Positions 37,819 through 49,100 of a DNA stretch of 64,000 bases are shown piece by piece. Both the position numbers and the translations under genes were made by a program. Under the pieces are notes generated by a model, which saw only the letters and a program-made list of their open reading frames with translations, had not been told where the DNA came from and ran no database searches. How positions within the stretch are numbered: position 1 is the first letter of the stretch; each line of letters starts with the position of its first letter. Origin of the DNA: a virus. The DNA is taken from the IMG/VR virus record IMGVR_UViG_3300035701_000003; one strand, 5' to 3'.

Positions 37819-38068
37819 AATACTGAGTTGGCAGATACAACCCGAAGAATCCTCTCGGAATATTAATAAGATGATAGCTATGAAGGCTTCTCAAGAAATT
37901 ATTGATGATTTGGCTATTATTATTCCCGATAAAGTTCAAAATCAAATAGATCCTTCTCTCGGAGACCAAATTGATAATATAGATGAAAATGTTGTTACTA
38001 AATACATTAAATTATATTTAGGAGCCTACATAAGACATTTAACGCGCGAGGATATTTTTGCCGACTAA
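37796..38068 (+). CDS. Tagged hypothetical protein (WREILSWQIQ leader)
   Basis: MEKKNWREILSWQIQ. Confidence 0.6.
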   Translation: MEKKNWREILSWQIQPEESSRNINKMIAMKASQEIIDDLAIIIPDKVQNQIDPSLGDQIDNIDENVVTKYIKLYLGAYIRHLTREDIFAD

Positions 38069-38405
38069 CTGGAGACAAATATTAAAATTCGGTTGGTTGA
38101 ACGAAGAAGAGATTCGTAAAAACCAAAAAGAAGAGTATGAGACTAAGACTTGGGAAGAACATGAGATTCCTTTCAGTAGAGAAAAAGGTGAAGAATTGCA
38201 ACGGGCTTTGGCATATGCTACAGAAGGAGCTATTAATTACCTTTTTGAACCTAACGTATTTCACGATAGAGTGCGCATTCTCGGGACATTACAGAATTAT
38301 AAGGAATCTTATATAACAGCATATCAGCATAAAATGAAGCTATATGGTGAATTAGTCGAATTCTATACTAAACTAGTACAAGATTACCCTGTAGAGGAAT
38401 ATTAA
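38058..38405 (+). CDS. Tagged hypothetical protein (WRQILKFGW leader)
   Basis: TTG start, then PTNWRQILKF. Confidence 0.55.
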   Translation: MPTNWRQILKFGWLNEEEIRKNQKEEYETKTWEEHEIPFSREKGEELQRALAYATEGAINYLFEPNVFHDRVRILGTLQNYKESYITAYQHKMKLYGELVEFYTKLVQDYPVEEY

Positions 38406-38420
38406 ATAGACGAGAAAACT

Positions 38421-41400
38421 ATGAAAAAGTTTTTATATCCTTTATTACTTTGCATATTGTTTACGGTATCGCTCTTTGGGCAATACACTGATGAGAAATA
38501 CGAAAAGTATGTAGGTTACGCCAGAGGTAAATATCCTTTAACGCTGAGCGGTTTACAGAGGGCGATAGCTGCAGTAGTAGCTGTAGATAGTGGAGTAGTA
38601 AATATTGCATATCCTGGAGTTGATACTACAGGTTTAGGAGTGCTTCCCCCAAGAATATACTTACGCGGTTGGATTAGTGGAGAGGAAATAGTAAGCGGGG
38701 TAGTAGCTGGAACTGGTACTTGGGGTTATATTACAGGTGATATAACTGAACAAACTGACCTCCAAGAGGCTTTATCTAATAAATTAGACCTATCCGATAC
38801 CTCTCACAAAGTATTAACTTCTAATTTAATTTATAACAATAAATCTGGTATGAGGGATACCTTATTATACAGCGACTTATACGAGAAGTTCTTAGGTATT
38901 GAAGATGGTAAATACGATTTGAGCGTAGCTGGAGTACAATCTGCCATAGCTGATTTACCTAATGATAGTGGAACTGTATATATTTCTTACCCCGGTATAG
39001 ATACTACAGGTTTAGGAACGCTACCAAACGACATAATATTATGGGGGTGGATTCTTACTTATGTTAGTGGTAACAATACCGCGGAGGTACTTACTTTCCA
39101 AATAGAAACCTCGGCTTCCTCTACTGGAAACTTCTATACTACTATTGATGATAGTACCTATACTACTGTTATAGATAATGGGGACGTTAATACTATAGTA
39201 GCTACTAAAATTTATAATACTTTATACGGAAATGTAACAGGATGGACAATTACTAAGAATTCTTTTAGAATAACTCTAACACATAATACTTATGGTGATA
39301 TTACTGATCCTACTTATAATGCTTCTGCTATTGGGGCTACCGTTACTACTTATTCGCGCGCAAACGGTACTTTAAAACTTTATAGTAGTTCTTATACTCA
39401 AGGGGCTGGTTATATAGTCGTCACCCCCGCGCAAAGTAAAGTAGTAGTAGCTAGTGATTCTATGAGAGTGCAAGGCAAATCAAAATTTGTAGGTAATGTA
39501 ACATTACCTAATACGAGTATCTGGAATACCACTGGTGTTGGTATAGGAACAATCACTCCAAGAACAACACTTGAAGGAGTTGGTGCTTTATTATTTACGG
39601 GGACGGCAGGAGCTGGATGGACTGAACCGAATTTAGGTGCTGGTACAAGATTACTTTGGTATCCGAGAAAAGCAGCTTTTAGGGTCGGAACGGTTACGGG
39701 GACTCAGTGGAACGATGCTAATATTGGAGAAAATTCAGTGGCATTTAGTTATAACAATATTGCTTCTGGTAAGGGGAGTATAGCGATTGGCTCAAATAAT
39801 TCTGTATCGGGAAGTTATAGTACAGTTATTGGTGATAATAATACTGCAACTTATCCTCAAGGTGTTGCACTAGGCACGGGTAATACTATCGATGGTGATT
39901 ATGGGGTAGCCATAGGAGTAAATAATAGTACTTATGGATCTAGTTCAAGGGCATTCGGAACAAGTTGTATCACTTATGGAATTTATTCTACGGCATTTGG
40001 CTTTACTAACATAGCAAGAAGTTATTTGGAATTTGTTATCGGTAGAAATGCACTAGATGGTGGAAGTTCAGATACTTGGGTTGCAACAGACCCTTTATTT
40101 AGTGTTGGAATTGGTACAAGTACAAATAACAGATTAAATGGGTTCACAGTATTCAAAAATGGCAATGCAGAAGTGTATGGGACATTAAAAGTTGGTCATA
40201 TTTATACTTTCCCCGCTACTGACGGGACCAGTGGTTATGTGTTAAAAACTAATGGTGCTGGAATAGTAAGTTGGCAGGCTGACGCAAGTGGTATTGGGGG
40301 CGCCGCTTATGCTGATTCTTTATTACACGATGGAAGACATGTCCCTGGCGACAGTTTAATAACAGACGCTGAAGGCAATTCTAGATTTCAAGCTAAAGGT
40401 ACTTATCTTATTCCAAGTGATAGTACTTCAATGAGAAGTTATTCTAATGCTAAATACCAAGCCAAAGGTACTTATCTTATTCCAAGTGATAGTACTTCAA
40501 TAAGAAATTATTCTAACGCTAAATACCAAGCCAAAGGTACTTATCTTATACCAAGTGATAGTACTTCTATGAGAAATTATTCTAATGCTAAATACCAAGC
40601 TAAAGGTACTTATCTTATTCCAAGTGATAGTACTTCTATGAGAAGTTATTCTAATGCTAAGTATCAATATAAGTTTAGTAATATAGCGGAAACTTCCGCC
40701 GGGGATAGTATTAAGTTTTATAATAAATATACCTTTCCAAGAACAGATGGAAACTCTGGCCAGATACTTAAAACTAATGGTAACGGGGAAGTAACCTGGC
40801 AAATAGACGCTAGTGGTTTAGGAGGCGCTTCCTTCGCGGATTCCGTCTCTCATGATGGAAGACATGTTGTAGGAGATAGTTTAATAACTGATGCCGAAGG
40901 CACCGCAAGATTCGAACCTAAAGGAGTAACTATTAGTGATGTATCTCTCTTACAAGATTCTCTGACTGTAAAATTAAATCGTAATGAACTTGATATAGCT
41001 CCTAGTAAAATACAAGATTCTCTGACTGTAAAATTAAATCGTAATGAACTTGATATAGCTCCTAGTAAAATACAAGATTCTCTGACTGTAAAATTAAATC
41101 GTAATGAAAGTATAAGATATACTAAAGTATTAGGTTTACCTGATACGACTGGAGTTACTACTGGTTATGTTATGAAGAAGCAAGCCGATGGTACTATTCA
41201 ATGGAATAACGACGCTACTGGAGGAGCTCCCGTTTGGGGTAATATATCTGGAACTTTAGCTAATCAAACGGATTTACAAGGGGCTCTTAATAGTAAATCA
41301 GCTACTGGTCACTTACACGCCGCCAGCGATATTACTTCTGGTATTATAGATACAGCTCGATTCCATGCTTACGCTGATTTAGTGGTAGAGAATAAAGTAG

Positions 41401-42245
41401 GGACTGGTTCTGCACAAGTAGCTGCCGGTAATCATACTCATAGTGGAGTATATGAACCCGTTATTACTAAAAATACAGCATTCAATAAGAACTTTGGAAC
41501 AGCTACTACTGATATTGCAGCGATAGGAGCCACTTTGGGTAATTCTCAAGTAGTAGAAACCGATGGCACTGGTAAATTGATAACAGCCGCGAAGGGAACT
41601 GCTTATAATAAGGCCTTCGGTACTACCTCTGGTACTGTTTCCGAAGGTAATCATGCTCATACTGGAGTATATGAACCAGCTTCTTCTACAATAATGAAAG
41701 AAGGCGAGAATATATCTCTCTTGAATAATAACTCTGGTTACATTACGGGTAATCAAACTATTACCTTGAGCGGTGATGTTACTGGCAGTGGGGCCGTTTC
41801 TATTTCAGCCACTGTTAAGGATAGTTCTCATATACATTCTATAGCTAATGTTACTCATTTACAAGATACTTTAACTAACAAAGTTAACTTATCTACTTTT
41901 AATAGTTATATAATAGAAGAAACTAAACAGCCAGGTTTCGTACTAGGGTCTAACGGTACCTGGAATGAATATAGTAGAACTACTTTTAAGGATTCTTTAA
42001 ATTTGTTTGTCTCTGGAACAGCTACTATTCCTGTAGGTGATGATTCAGTAATAGTAACCCATAATTATGGAAGTTCTCCTACTATAAGTGATATTAGTAT
42101 AACCCCTCAAACGAATACCTTTGGGTATCCTTACTGGATTACAGCTGTAGGTTCCGCTACCTTTAAGGTTAAACTTGGTAATGTGGGTTTAGAAACAAGA
42201 AATGCCAGTGTTTTATTTAGTTGGCAAATATGGAAAAGAGATTAA
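38421..42245 (+). CDS. 1274-aa tail-fibre/adhesin-like protein with Sec signal peptide, YadA-like head repeats and phage tail-fibre repeats
   Basis: MKKFLYPLLLCILFTVSLFG|QY; SIAIGSNNSVSGSYSTVIG repeats; WGNISGTLANQTDLQGALNSK...HLHAASDITSG; GNHTH/GNHAH. Confidence 0.7.
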   Translation: MKKFLYPLLLCILFTVSLFGQYTDEKYEKYVGYARGKYPLTLSGLQRAIAAVVAVDSGVVNIAYPGVDTTGLGVLPPRIYLRGWISGEEIVSGVVAGTGTWGYITGDITEQTDLQEALSNKLDLSDTSHKVLTSNLIYNNKSGMRDTLLYSDLYEKFLGIEDGKYDLSVAGVQSAIADLPNDSGTVYISYPGIDTTGLGTLPNDIILWGWILTYVSGNNTAEVLTFQIETSASSTGNFYTTIDDSTYTTVIDNGDVNTIVATKIYNTLYGNVTGWTITKNSFRITLTHNTYGDITDPTYNASAIGATVTTYSRANGTLKLYSSSYTQGAGYIVVTPAQSKVVVASDSMRVQGKSKFVGNVTLPNTSIWNTTGVGIGTITPRTTLEGVGALLFTGTAGAGWTEPNLGAGTRLLWYPRKAAFRVGTVTGTQWNDANIGENSVAFSYNNIASGKGSIAIGSNNSVSGSYSTVIGDNNTATYPQGVALGTGNTIDGDYGVAIGVNNSTYGSSSRAFGTSCITYGIYSTAFGFTNIARSYLEFVIGRNALDGGSSDTWVATDPLFSVGIGTSTNNRLNGFTVFKNGNAEVYGTLKVGHIYTFPATDGTSGYVLKTNGAGIVSWQADASGIGGAAYADSLLHDGRHVPGDSLITDAEGNSRFQAKGTYLIPSDSTSMRSYSNAKYQAKGTYLIPSDSTSIRNYSNAKYQAKGTYLIPSDSTSMRNYSNAKYQAKGTYLIPSDSTSMRSYSNAKYQYKFSNIAETSAGDSIKFYNKYTFPRTDGNSGQILKTNGNGEVTWQIDASGLGGASFADSVSHDGRHVVGDSLITDAEGTARFEPKGVTISDVSLLQDSLTVKLNRNELDIAPSKIQDSLTVKLNRNELDIAPSKIQDSLTVKLNRNESIRYTKVLGLPDTTGVTTGYVMKKQADGTIQWNNDATGGAPVWGNISGTLANQTDLQGALNSKSATGHLHAASDITSGIIDTARFHAYADLVVENKVGTGSAQVAAGNHTHSGVYEPVITKNTAFNKNFGTATTDIAAIGATLGNSQVVETDGTGKLITAAKGTAYNKAFGTTSGTVSEGNHAHTGVYEPASSTIMKEGENISLLNNNSGYITGNQTITLSGDVTGSGAVSISATVKDSSHIHSIANVTHLQDTLTNKVNLSTFNSYIIEETKQPGFVLGSNGTWNEYSRTTFKDSLNLFVSGTATIPVGDDSVIVTHNYGSSPTISDISITPQTNTFGYPYWITAVGSATFKVKLGNVGLETRNASVLFSWQIWKRD
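40389..40664 (+). repeat. 69-bp (23-aa) tandem repeat, 4 copies
   Basis: QAKGTYLIPSDSTS(M/I)R(S/N)YSNAKY at 40389, 40458, 40527, 40596. Confidence 0.95.
40951..41108 (+). repeat. Perfect 60-bp (20-aa) tandem repeat, about 2.6 copies
   Basis: QDSLTVKLNRNELDIAPSKI; identical nucleotide units at 40951, 41011, 41071. Confidence 0.95.
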
Positions 42246-42259
42246 ATAAGGAAAGTAAT

Positions 42260-45200
42260 ATGAAAAAAATATTCTTAAGTTTACTTCTACTGATAGTTGT
42301 TTTATCGTCTGGAGCAATATATTCTCAAAGGTACGCAACTAAAGATACTACCGTAACCACAGCTTCTTTAGCGAGAGCTACAGCTATTTCTCTTGGGAGT
42401 ATATCGACTCAGGTAAGTCATATTGCAGGAGACTATTACAGCCAAGCCTATTTAGACGGTGTCATAGGAACTATGAATGATTCTATTGCAGCATTAAACC
42501 ATGAAATAGATAACATTTGGGCGTACTTAGGAAGATATCACTATGATTTACCGTATGCGCCTTATAATTTTATAGCTGATGGTACTAGTGGTGATGTTGA
42601 AATAATATGGTCTGATTCTACAAATAGCCTTGATAGCAATGTAATTTATATGAAATTTACTAACCCCGAAATAAGCGAAGTTCCTTCTGGGGGTACTCGA
42701 ATAGGAGCAACTACTGATACCGATACTACTTTTACATACAGCGGTACTAACCTCCCAAAAAATACTACTATGTGGTTTTGGGTAAAGAACTGGAAAGGGG
42801 GATTTTCTAACGTATCTTCTGTGGATACTACTTTTATTTATGAAGCTGGTGGGGGAGGAGGTACTATTACTTATACTCGTCAGTTAGCAGGTATTGACTT
42901 TGAAGAAGGCAATCTAACTGATTTTACCAGCGTTGATTCTACGAATGGAAGCCTATGGACAGTATCTACCCCTGTGAACATAGGTACTAAAAGCTTGAGA
43001 GTAGGGATTGATCAAGGTACCGCTGGATATCCCGTAGATGGATTAAAGACTTTTACTTCAGCTACCTATGATACTGTGTCTGGAGGATTCTTTGTTTATT
43101 TTCCTGCTATTATGAATACTGCTCAAACCGATGTAAGTTTTTGTGATCTTTTTATTCTTGGTTTATATGACGGGGGAAATGATTTATGTTACATAGGAAT
43201 TAAATGGGATGCTTCTCACTTAGTATCTCGATGGGCTTTATATATGGCAGCTGGTTCCTCTTTAGATACTGCTACTACTGCTGAGAATACTAATAATCCT
43301 ACTACGGGGGCTTGGTATAAAGTAACATGGCAATACTTTGGAAATCAAGGTTCTAACGGCGGGGTTAAAGTATATGTTAATAATAATTTAGTTTTGCAGA
43401 AGATGGGGATAGTAACTACTGGTTTCTTTCCCGATCTTATTCACTACGGCGCCGTTGAAGGTTATAGTATGGTTTGGGCGGCAGCTGGTTATTTTTATCT
43501 TGATGATGCTATAGTTTGTGATGGTATAATGACAGAAAACTTTGTAGGCTTTCCAACCGCGGGGGGAGCAGTCGAAGGTCCTTACGGGCACTTTGTGAAT
43601 GCTTACGCGACTGGCGGGGGTACTAATACTTACGATGGGACTAGTTGGGATAAGGCTTGGAAGACTATGCAGGATGTTACATGGAATGCTATAGTACCCG
43701 GCGATACTTTATATATTTCCGGAGGTAACGTAAATAGTTCTATTACTTATACTGGTTTAGTGAATATAGGTAGGAGCGGAACTCCAGGACATATAATTAC
43801 TATAAGACCTGGCATAAGTTTCGGGCACAACGGTGAAGTAATTTTCTACGGCACCTCTGTTTCTAATAAAGGTTTTGTTAAAATAGAAGATCAGAAATAT
43901 ATAAGACTCGAGCATATAACTATTAACTTTGCCCCCGTTAATGTTTCTGAAGGATATGCTCTTTTAGTAAGGGGTAATAGCGTAGGAGCTACTAAAGGGA
44001 TTTATCTAGATAGTTTGACCGTTACTTGTGCTTCCGGAGATAGATACGGAGGAGCGGATACTGATAACTTTTTAGTTAAAATAGATGGTTCTGGCGGGGG
44101 AGTAAGTACTTACGTAGATTCTGTTTACCTTATGTATAGTACCCTTGCAAATACGAGATATCCAGCGACTTGGGTGCAAGCCGACGGCATCGTGTTACAA
44201 TACGCTCAGAATATATGGATACTGAATAACCACGTAACTATAAATAACGACTGGCCTACAGCCGCTTATCCTACCGGTAATAATGCACACAATGATTGTA
44301 TAGCAAGTAATGCTATTACTAAAAATCTTACTATAGCTAACAACTATATGATAAATCTTCAAACTGCGAATCATCAATCTCAAGGTGCTATCTTAGGTAA
44401 CGGTAGTGGTTATATGCTTATTTATAATAATGTATTTGCTACTCCTAATTTTGTTAATGATGGTAATTGGATGCCTACTACTTTTGTAATATATCCAGGG
44501 TCTGCGTCTTGTGAATACTCTCTGTATCATAATACTATTGTAGCCGGCTCTAATTTTTATGGGGCTGATTTTCAAGATACTTCTGTCGTATATCACGTAA
44601 GATTAAAGAATAACATCTTCACCGCCGTAGGGCAAGGCTCGGCCGCTCCTAAGATACGATTTAGACAGTATTTAAGTTCCACTGGATTAAATCCTATATG
44701 GGCTAACATAAATGATAATATATATGGACAATACTGGGCTGGTAGCAGTAATCAATTGATGGTAACAGCTGATGGTTATTTAACTATGGCTAATTTGAAC
44801 GCTTCTCCGAGATTCGCCGAGTTAGCTAATACACCCGCGAATAGATGGAATGTAGTGAATTCTAATTTATTTTCAGATGTTACTAACTATGATTATACCT
44901 TAAAGACTGGAGCACCTGCCATTGGAGTAGGTTTAGATTTGGGTATTGATACTGATTTACTTGGCAATGCAAGAGACCCAAATACTCCTGATATAGGCGC
45001 TTATGAATACATGGGGGCAAGTACTCCTAATATTTACACTTCAGTAGCATCTCTTACTGATTTTGGTAATGTAGAAACAGGTACTAATTCCTCTCCTCAA
45101 AGTTATACAGTATCCGGAACAGATTTATTAGGTAACGTTACTATAGACGTTCCTACTGGATTCCAGATATCTTTAAGTAGTGGAAGCGGGTATGGTACAC

Positions 45201-46093
45201 AATTAGTATTACCTCCTACAGGACCTACTTTACCGGGTACTACAATTTATGCAAGATTTAGTCCCGTTAATTCCGTTCCTTATTCTGGTAATATTAGTCA
45301 TACTAGTTCTGGAGCTACTACTAAGAATGTTTCTGTAAGTGGTACTGGAGTAACTACTCCACCTTCTGGATATCCAAGGTCACTATTATTAGCCGACTTT
45401 GAAGAAAATAACTGGAGTGAGTTTAATAGAGCTTTTGCTTATTTCGCAGGGGCTTATGTGGGTAATCATGATATATCTACGGGACTTGCTTACAAACACA
45501 ATGGTAATTACGGTATGAAACTTCATTTAGATACTCTCAGTCAGACAAGAATAGATACTACTGCTATTGAAAAAACCTTTTCAACAGGAACCGGACAAGA
45601 TACTATTTCGGGATACTTTTACTTCTACGCCGATAATTCTATAAACACTTCTGTACCAACTAATTACTCTGATATAGAAATATTCGGACTTTATGACGGG
45701 CCTTATCCCTCTGATTGGCAAATATTTTTAGGATTAAAAACCGATGGTAGTAATAACTTTACCCGATTTTTATTAGAACAAATGGATAGTTCCGATGTTT
45801 TTGCTGAGTTTTCCTATAACTGGGGGAGTAGTCTTACGGGAGCTTGGCATAGAATAAAATGGCAATATTTTGGGCATCAAACCTCTCCTAATGGAGGTAT
45901 AAAGATCTGGTGTGATGCTACTCTTATATTTAATAGACAAACTCACGCTACTACAGGAATTTATCCGAAGAAAGTTCTCTGGGGGTTACCAGAGCTTAAC
46001 GGTAGTCTCAGAATCAGCGATAGTAATTCCTTTATATACTTCGATGATATTATAATTAGTGCTGGATTAATGGGAGACTTTACGGGCTTTTAG
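42260..46093 (+). CDS. 1277-aa exported protein: FnIII-like, lectin/LamG-like, right-handed beta-helix, choice-of-anchor-Q-like, Ig-like, second lectin-like domain
   Basis: MKKIFLSLLLLIVVLSSGAIYS|QR; two paralogous DFEE...WY/WH.(V/I).WQYFG domains; DYTLKTGAPAIG...PDIGAYEY. Confidence 0.7.
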   Translation: MKKIFLSLLLLIVVLSSGAIYSQRYATKDTTVTTASLARATAISLGSISTQVSHIAGDYYSQAYLDGVIGTMNDSIAALNHEIDNIWAYLGRYHYDLPYAPYNFIADGTSGDVEIIWSDSTNSLDSNVIYMKFTNPEISEVPSGGTRIGATTDTDTTFTYSGTNLPKNTTMWFWVKNWKGGFSNVSSVDTTFIYEAGGGGGTITYTRQLAGIDFEEGNLTDFTSVDSTNGSLWTVSTPVNIGTKSLRVGIDQGTAGYPVDGLKTFTSATYDTVSGGFFVYFPAIMNTAQTDVSFCDLFILGLYDGGNDLCYIGIKWDASHLVSRWALYMAAGSSLDTATTAENTNNPTTGAWYKVTWQYFGNQGSNGGVKVYVNNNLVLQKMGIVTTGFFPDLIHYGAVEGYSMVWAAAGYFYLDDAIVCDGIMTENFVGFPTAGGAVEGPYGHFVNAYATGGGTNTYDGTSWDKAWKTMQDVTWNAIVPGDTLYISGGNVNSSITYTGLVNIGRSGTPGHIITIRPGISFGHNGEVIFYGTSVSNKGFVKIEDQKYIRLEHITINFAPVNVSEGYALLVRGNSVGATKGIYLDSLTVTCASGDRYGGADTDNFLVKIDGSGGGVSTYVDSVYLMYSTLANTRYPATWVQADGIVLQYAQNIWILNNHVTINNDWPTAAYPTGNNAHNDCIASNAITKNLTIANNYMINLQTANHQSQGAILGNGSGYMLIYNNVFATPNFVNDGNWMPTTFVIYPGSASCEYSLYHNTIVAGSNFYGADFQDTSVVYHVRLKNNIFTAVGQGSAAPKIRFRQYLSSTGLNPIWANINDNIYGQYWAGSSNQLMVTADGYLTMANLNASPRFAELANTPANRWNVVNSNLFSDVTNYDYTLKTGAPAIGVGLDLGIDTDLLGNARDPNTPDIGAYEYMGASTPNIYTSVASLTDFGNVETGTNSSPQSYTVSGTDLLGNVTIDVPTGFQISLSSGSGYGTQLVLPPTGPTLPGTTIYARFSPVNSVPYSGNISHTSSGATTKNVSVSGTGVTTPPSGYPRSLLLADFEENNWSEFNRAFAYFAGAYVGNHDISTGLAYKHNGNYGMKLHLDTLSQTRIDTTAIEKTFSTGTGQDTISGYFYFYADNSINTSVPTNYSDIEIFGLYDGPYPSDWQIFLGLKTDGSNNFTRFLLEQMDSSDVFAEFSYNWGSSLTGAWHRIKWQYFGHQTSPNGGIKIWCDATLIFNRQTHATTGIYPKKVLWGLPELNGSLRISDSNSFIYFDDIIISAGLMGDFTGF

Positions 46094-46117
46094 AATTAAT
46101 AGAGAACGTGTATTCTA

Positions 46118-46136
46118 CGAATACACTTCATAATAT
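46118..46136. other. 8-bp perfect hairpin in the intergenic gap
   Basis: GTGTATTC-tac-GAATACAC. Confidence 0.65.
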
Positions 46137-46159
46137 TTAAATATAAAGGAGAAAAAAGA

Positions 46160-49100
46160 ATGAGACTACGAATAGTGTTAGCTACTATATTTATGTTATT
46201 AAATATGGTTTATGCTCAGGAGGTTATTACTATAACCCTTCCGAGCGGGGATGAGGACACAACTTACACAGTTCCAGCTACTGTTCCAATTGTGATACAA
46301 GCAACTATTAAGGGGATACCGAAACCACCTAAAGCACCCTCCGACTTAAGTGGGGAACCCGGGGAATTAGAGAATACTTTACATTGGAAAGATAACTCTA
46401 ACAACGAAACTAATTTTACGGTATACGCAAACAACGTTAAGTTAGTTACGCTACCAGCGAATACTATATCTTATTTGGATAAACCCAGAGGTAATTTAGA
46501 GACTGTGAAGTATTGGGTAACAGCTCTTAATCAGAGAGGTGAAAGTCCAGCTAGTAATATTATTTACGTTACTACTTTAGATACTACTCCCCCTACCGTT
46601 GATATTGTTGGTAACATTTCTACATCAACTGGTTTACTAGTGGGCGGGGTTAATATAACCTTCAGCGGCTACAGTATCCCAGCTGTAAGTGACGGAAATG
46701 GTAATTATTCTATGACCGTAGATTACAATTATACTGGAATTGCTATTCCTTCTGCTAATGGATACACCTTTAATCCAGTGAATCGTTCTTATACTAATGT
46801 TACTACTAATCAAATTAGTCAGAATTATACAGCCATCAACAATCCTGTTAATATATCAGGTTATGTAAAAGATAATGTTGGTAATGGTTTAATCGGGGCT
46901 ATTATAACTTTTAGTGGCGGTGGTGGTATAACAACTAATAGTATGGGATTTTATACAAAAGATGTTGTATATGGATTTTCGGGAACAACTACATTAACTT
47001 TAACGGGATGGACATTTAGTCCGTCAAGTATTTCATATAATAATATTGTTGTTAATCAAGTTAATCAAAATTATATTGGAACACATATTCCAATAACAAT
47101 TTCTGGGTATATAAGAGATGGTGCGAATAATGGAGTCAGCGGAGTCGTTGCCATATTTAGTAATGCTGGAAATGCAACAACAGACATTTCAGGATTTTAT
47201 ACAAAAGACGTTGTATATGGATATACTGGTACTGTTACGCCCACTTTAGCGGGATGGACTTTTAATCCTTCAAGCATATCTTATAATAACGTTATAATAA
47301 ATCAATTGAATCAAAATTATATTGGTGTGTACAATAATAATATTTCGATTTGGTATATAGATCCAAATGGAACGGCCCTCGATCCTCATACTTGGTTAGG
47401 AGCTTGGAAAACATTTTCTGCTATTAATTGGACTTCGATTAAGCCGGGAGATATAATATATATTTCTGGAGGTGTAACATCTCAAATTTATTATGAAACA
47501 TTAATTATAAAAAAGAGTGGAACTCCTGGGCATATTATTACTATAACAAAAGGAATAGACACAGGTCATAATGGCGAAATAATTATAGACGGTAAAAATA
47601 CGCTTGTAAGAGGAATAGATAATACTGGAACTAACTGGGACGGCTATGATTATATTAAAGTATCGTATTTAACAATTCGAAGAATAGGCGGTAATGGAGA
47701 TGGCGGAGGTGGAATACATTCTACTGGATTTAATGTAAATTATTTTGATCATATCAATATGCCAATGATGCATACGCGAGGCTTTCATTGTACTGGTATA
47801 TATCCAGGTACAATAACATCAGATTCGTTATTTATAACAAATTGCAAAATTATAAGCGACAGTATAAATAGTAATCAAACAGATGGAATGTATTTAAATT
47901 GGTTATCTAATATTTTTATAGAAGATAGTTATATAGAAGCATACAATCAAAATAATTTACATTGTGATATAGTATCGACTGGTAATTGGATAGAAAATAT
48001 AAATATAACTCGTTCATTTTTAATAAATAAGTCATATAAAAATGGTTATCCCGATAATTATGATAATGGATTGTTACTTCAAGCAAGAGGAATTGTAAAT
48101 ATAAATAACAGTGTAATTTCTACACCTAATTTTGATAATAGTTTAGGTTGGTGTATTTCTTTTTCGGGAACTAGTCCTAATCCAGCTACTATATATTTTT
48201 ATAATAATACTGTTTATACTAATAAAGCAAATAATGCCGTTGTGTTTCAATACGCGGCGATGAACTCTAATTCAATATTTAAGAATAATATATTCTATGG
48301 TAATCAAGGAGTAGGAAACGGATTTGATTACGGTTCTGGGTTTACTGCATCTAATATAAACTATAACTTATACTATACTGGCGGTAGTACAATATGTGCC
48401 TATAATGGAGTAAAGACTTTAGCCCAAATGAAAACAGCGGGCGCTGAATTAAACGGATTAAACGCTTTACCATTATTTAAAAGTCCTTCAACTTTTGACT
48501 ATTCTTTGTTAAATAATTCTCCTGGTATTAATGTTGGTATTGATTTAGGTTCTCAATATTCAAAGGATATTACTGGAAAAATTAGAACTGGCATTTGGGA
48601 TATGGGCGCTTATGAATCTAATGTATCAAGTTCTATTGTTTTAGAGGGTCCAAACAGTTGGAAAATTAATCCTAATGGAACGGGTTTAGCTCCGCATACT
48701 TGGGCAGGTGGATGGAAAACATTGTCTGCTATAAATTGGACATCAGTTCAACCTGGCGATACTATATTTGTTTTTGGAGGAGCTGATTCTGTTACTTATA
48801 ATGAAGCTTTAACTGTTGGTAAATCTGGTGCCCCTAATAAATTTATTACTATTATGCCAGGATTGAGTGCGAGTTATAATGGAAAGGTAATTATATCTGT
48901 CAGTTCCGGTAATGGTATAAACATTAATCAGCAAAATCCAATGGGAATAAAACAATATATTCGTATTAAAAATATTACGGTAAAAATGCAACAGATAACA
49001 GCGGGAGGATATGGCATATATGTAAGTAGTAGAGTTGCGCAAGGTTGTAACGTTATTTATTTAGATAAAGTGCAAGTTATTTGGAATTTAAATGGAACGG

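Noticed and set aside
40389-41108. CRISPR-like array
   Set aside because: The repeats are head-to-tail with no spacers, in frame and inside a CDS; no cas genes
42215-42245. FSWQ at the C-terminus of the 1274-aa fibre as another tag
   Set aside because: C-terminal, no preceding K-L or W-R-x-x-L, and it fits an ordinary terminal beta-strand of fibre tip domains
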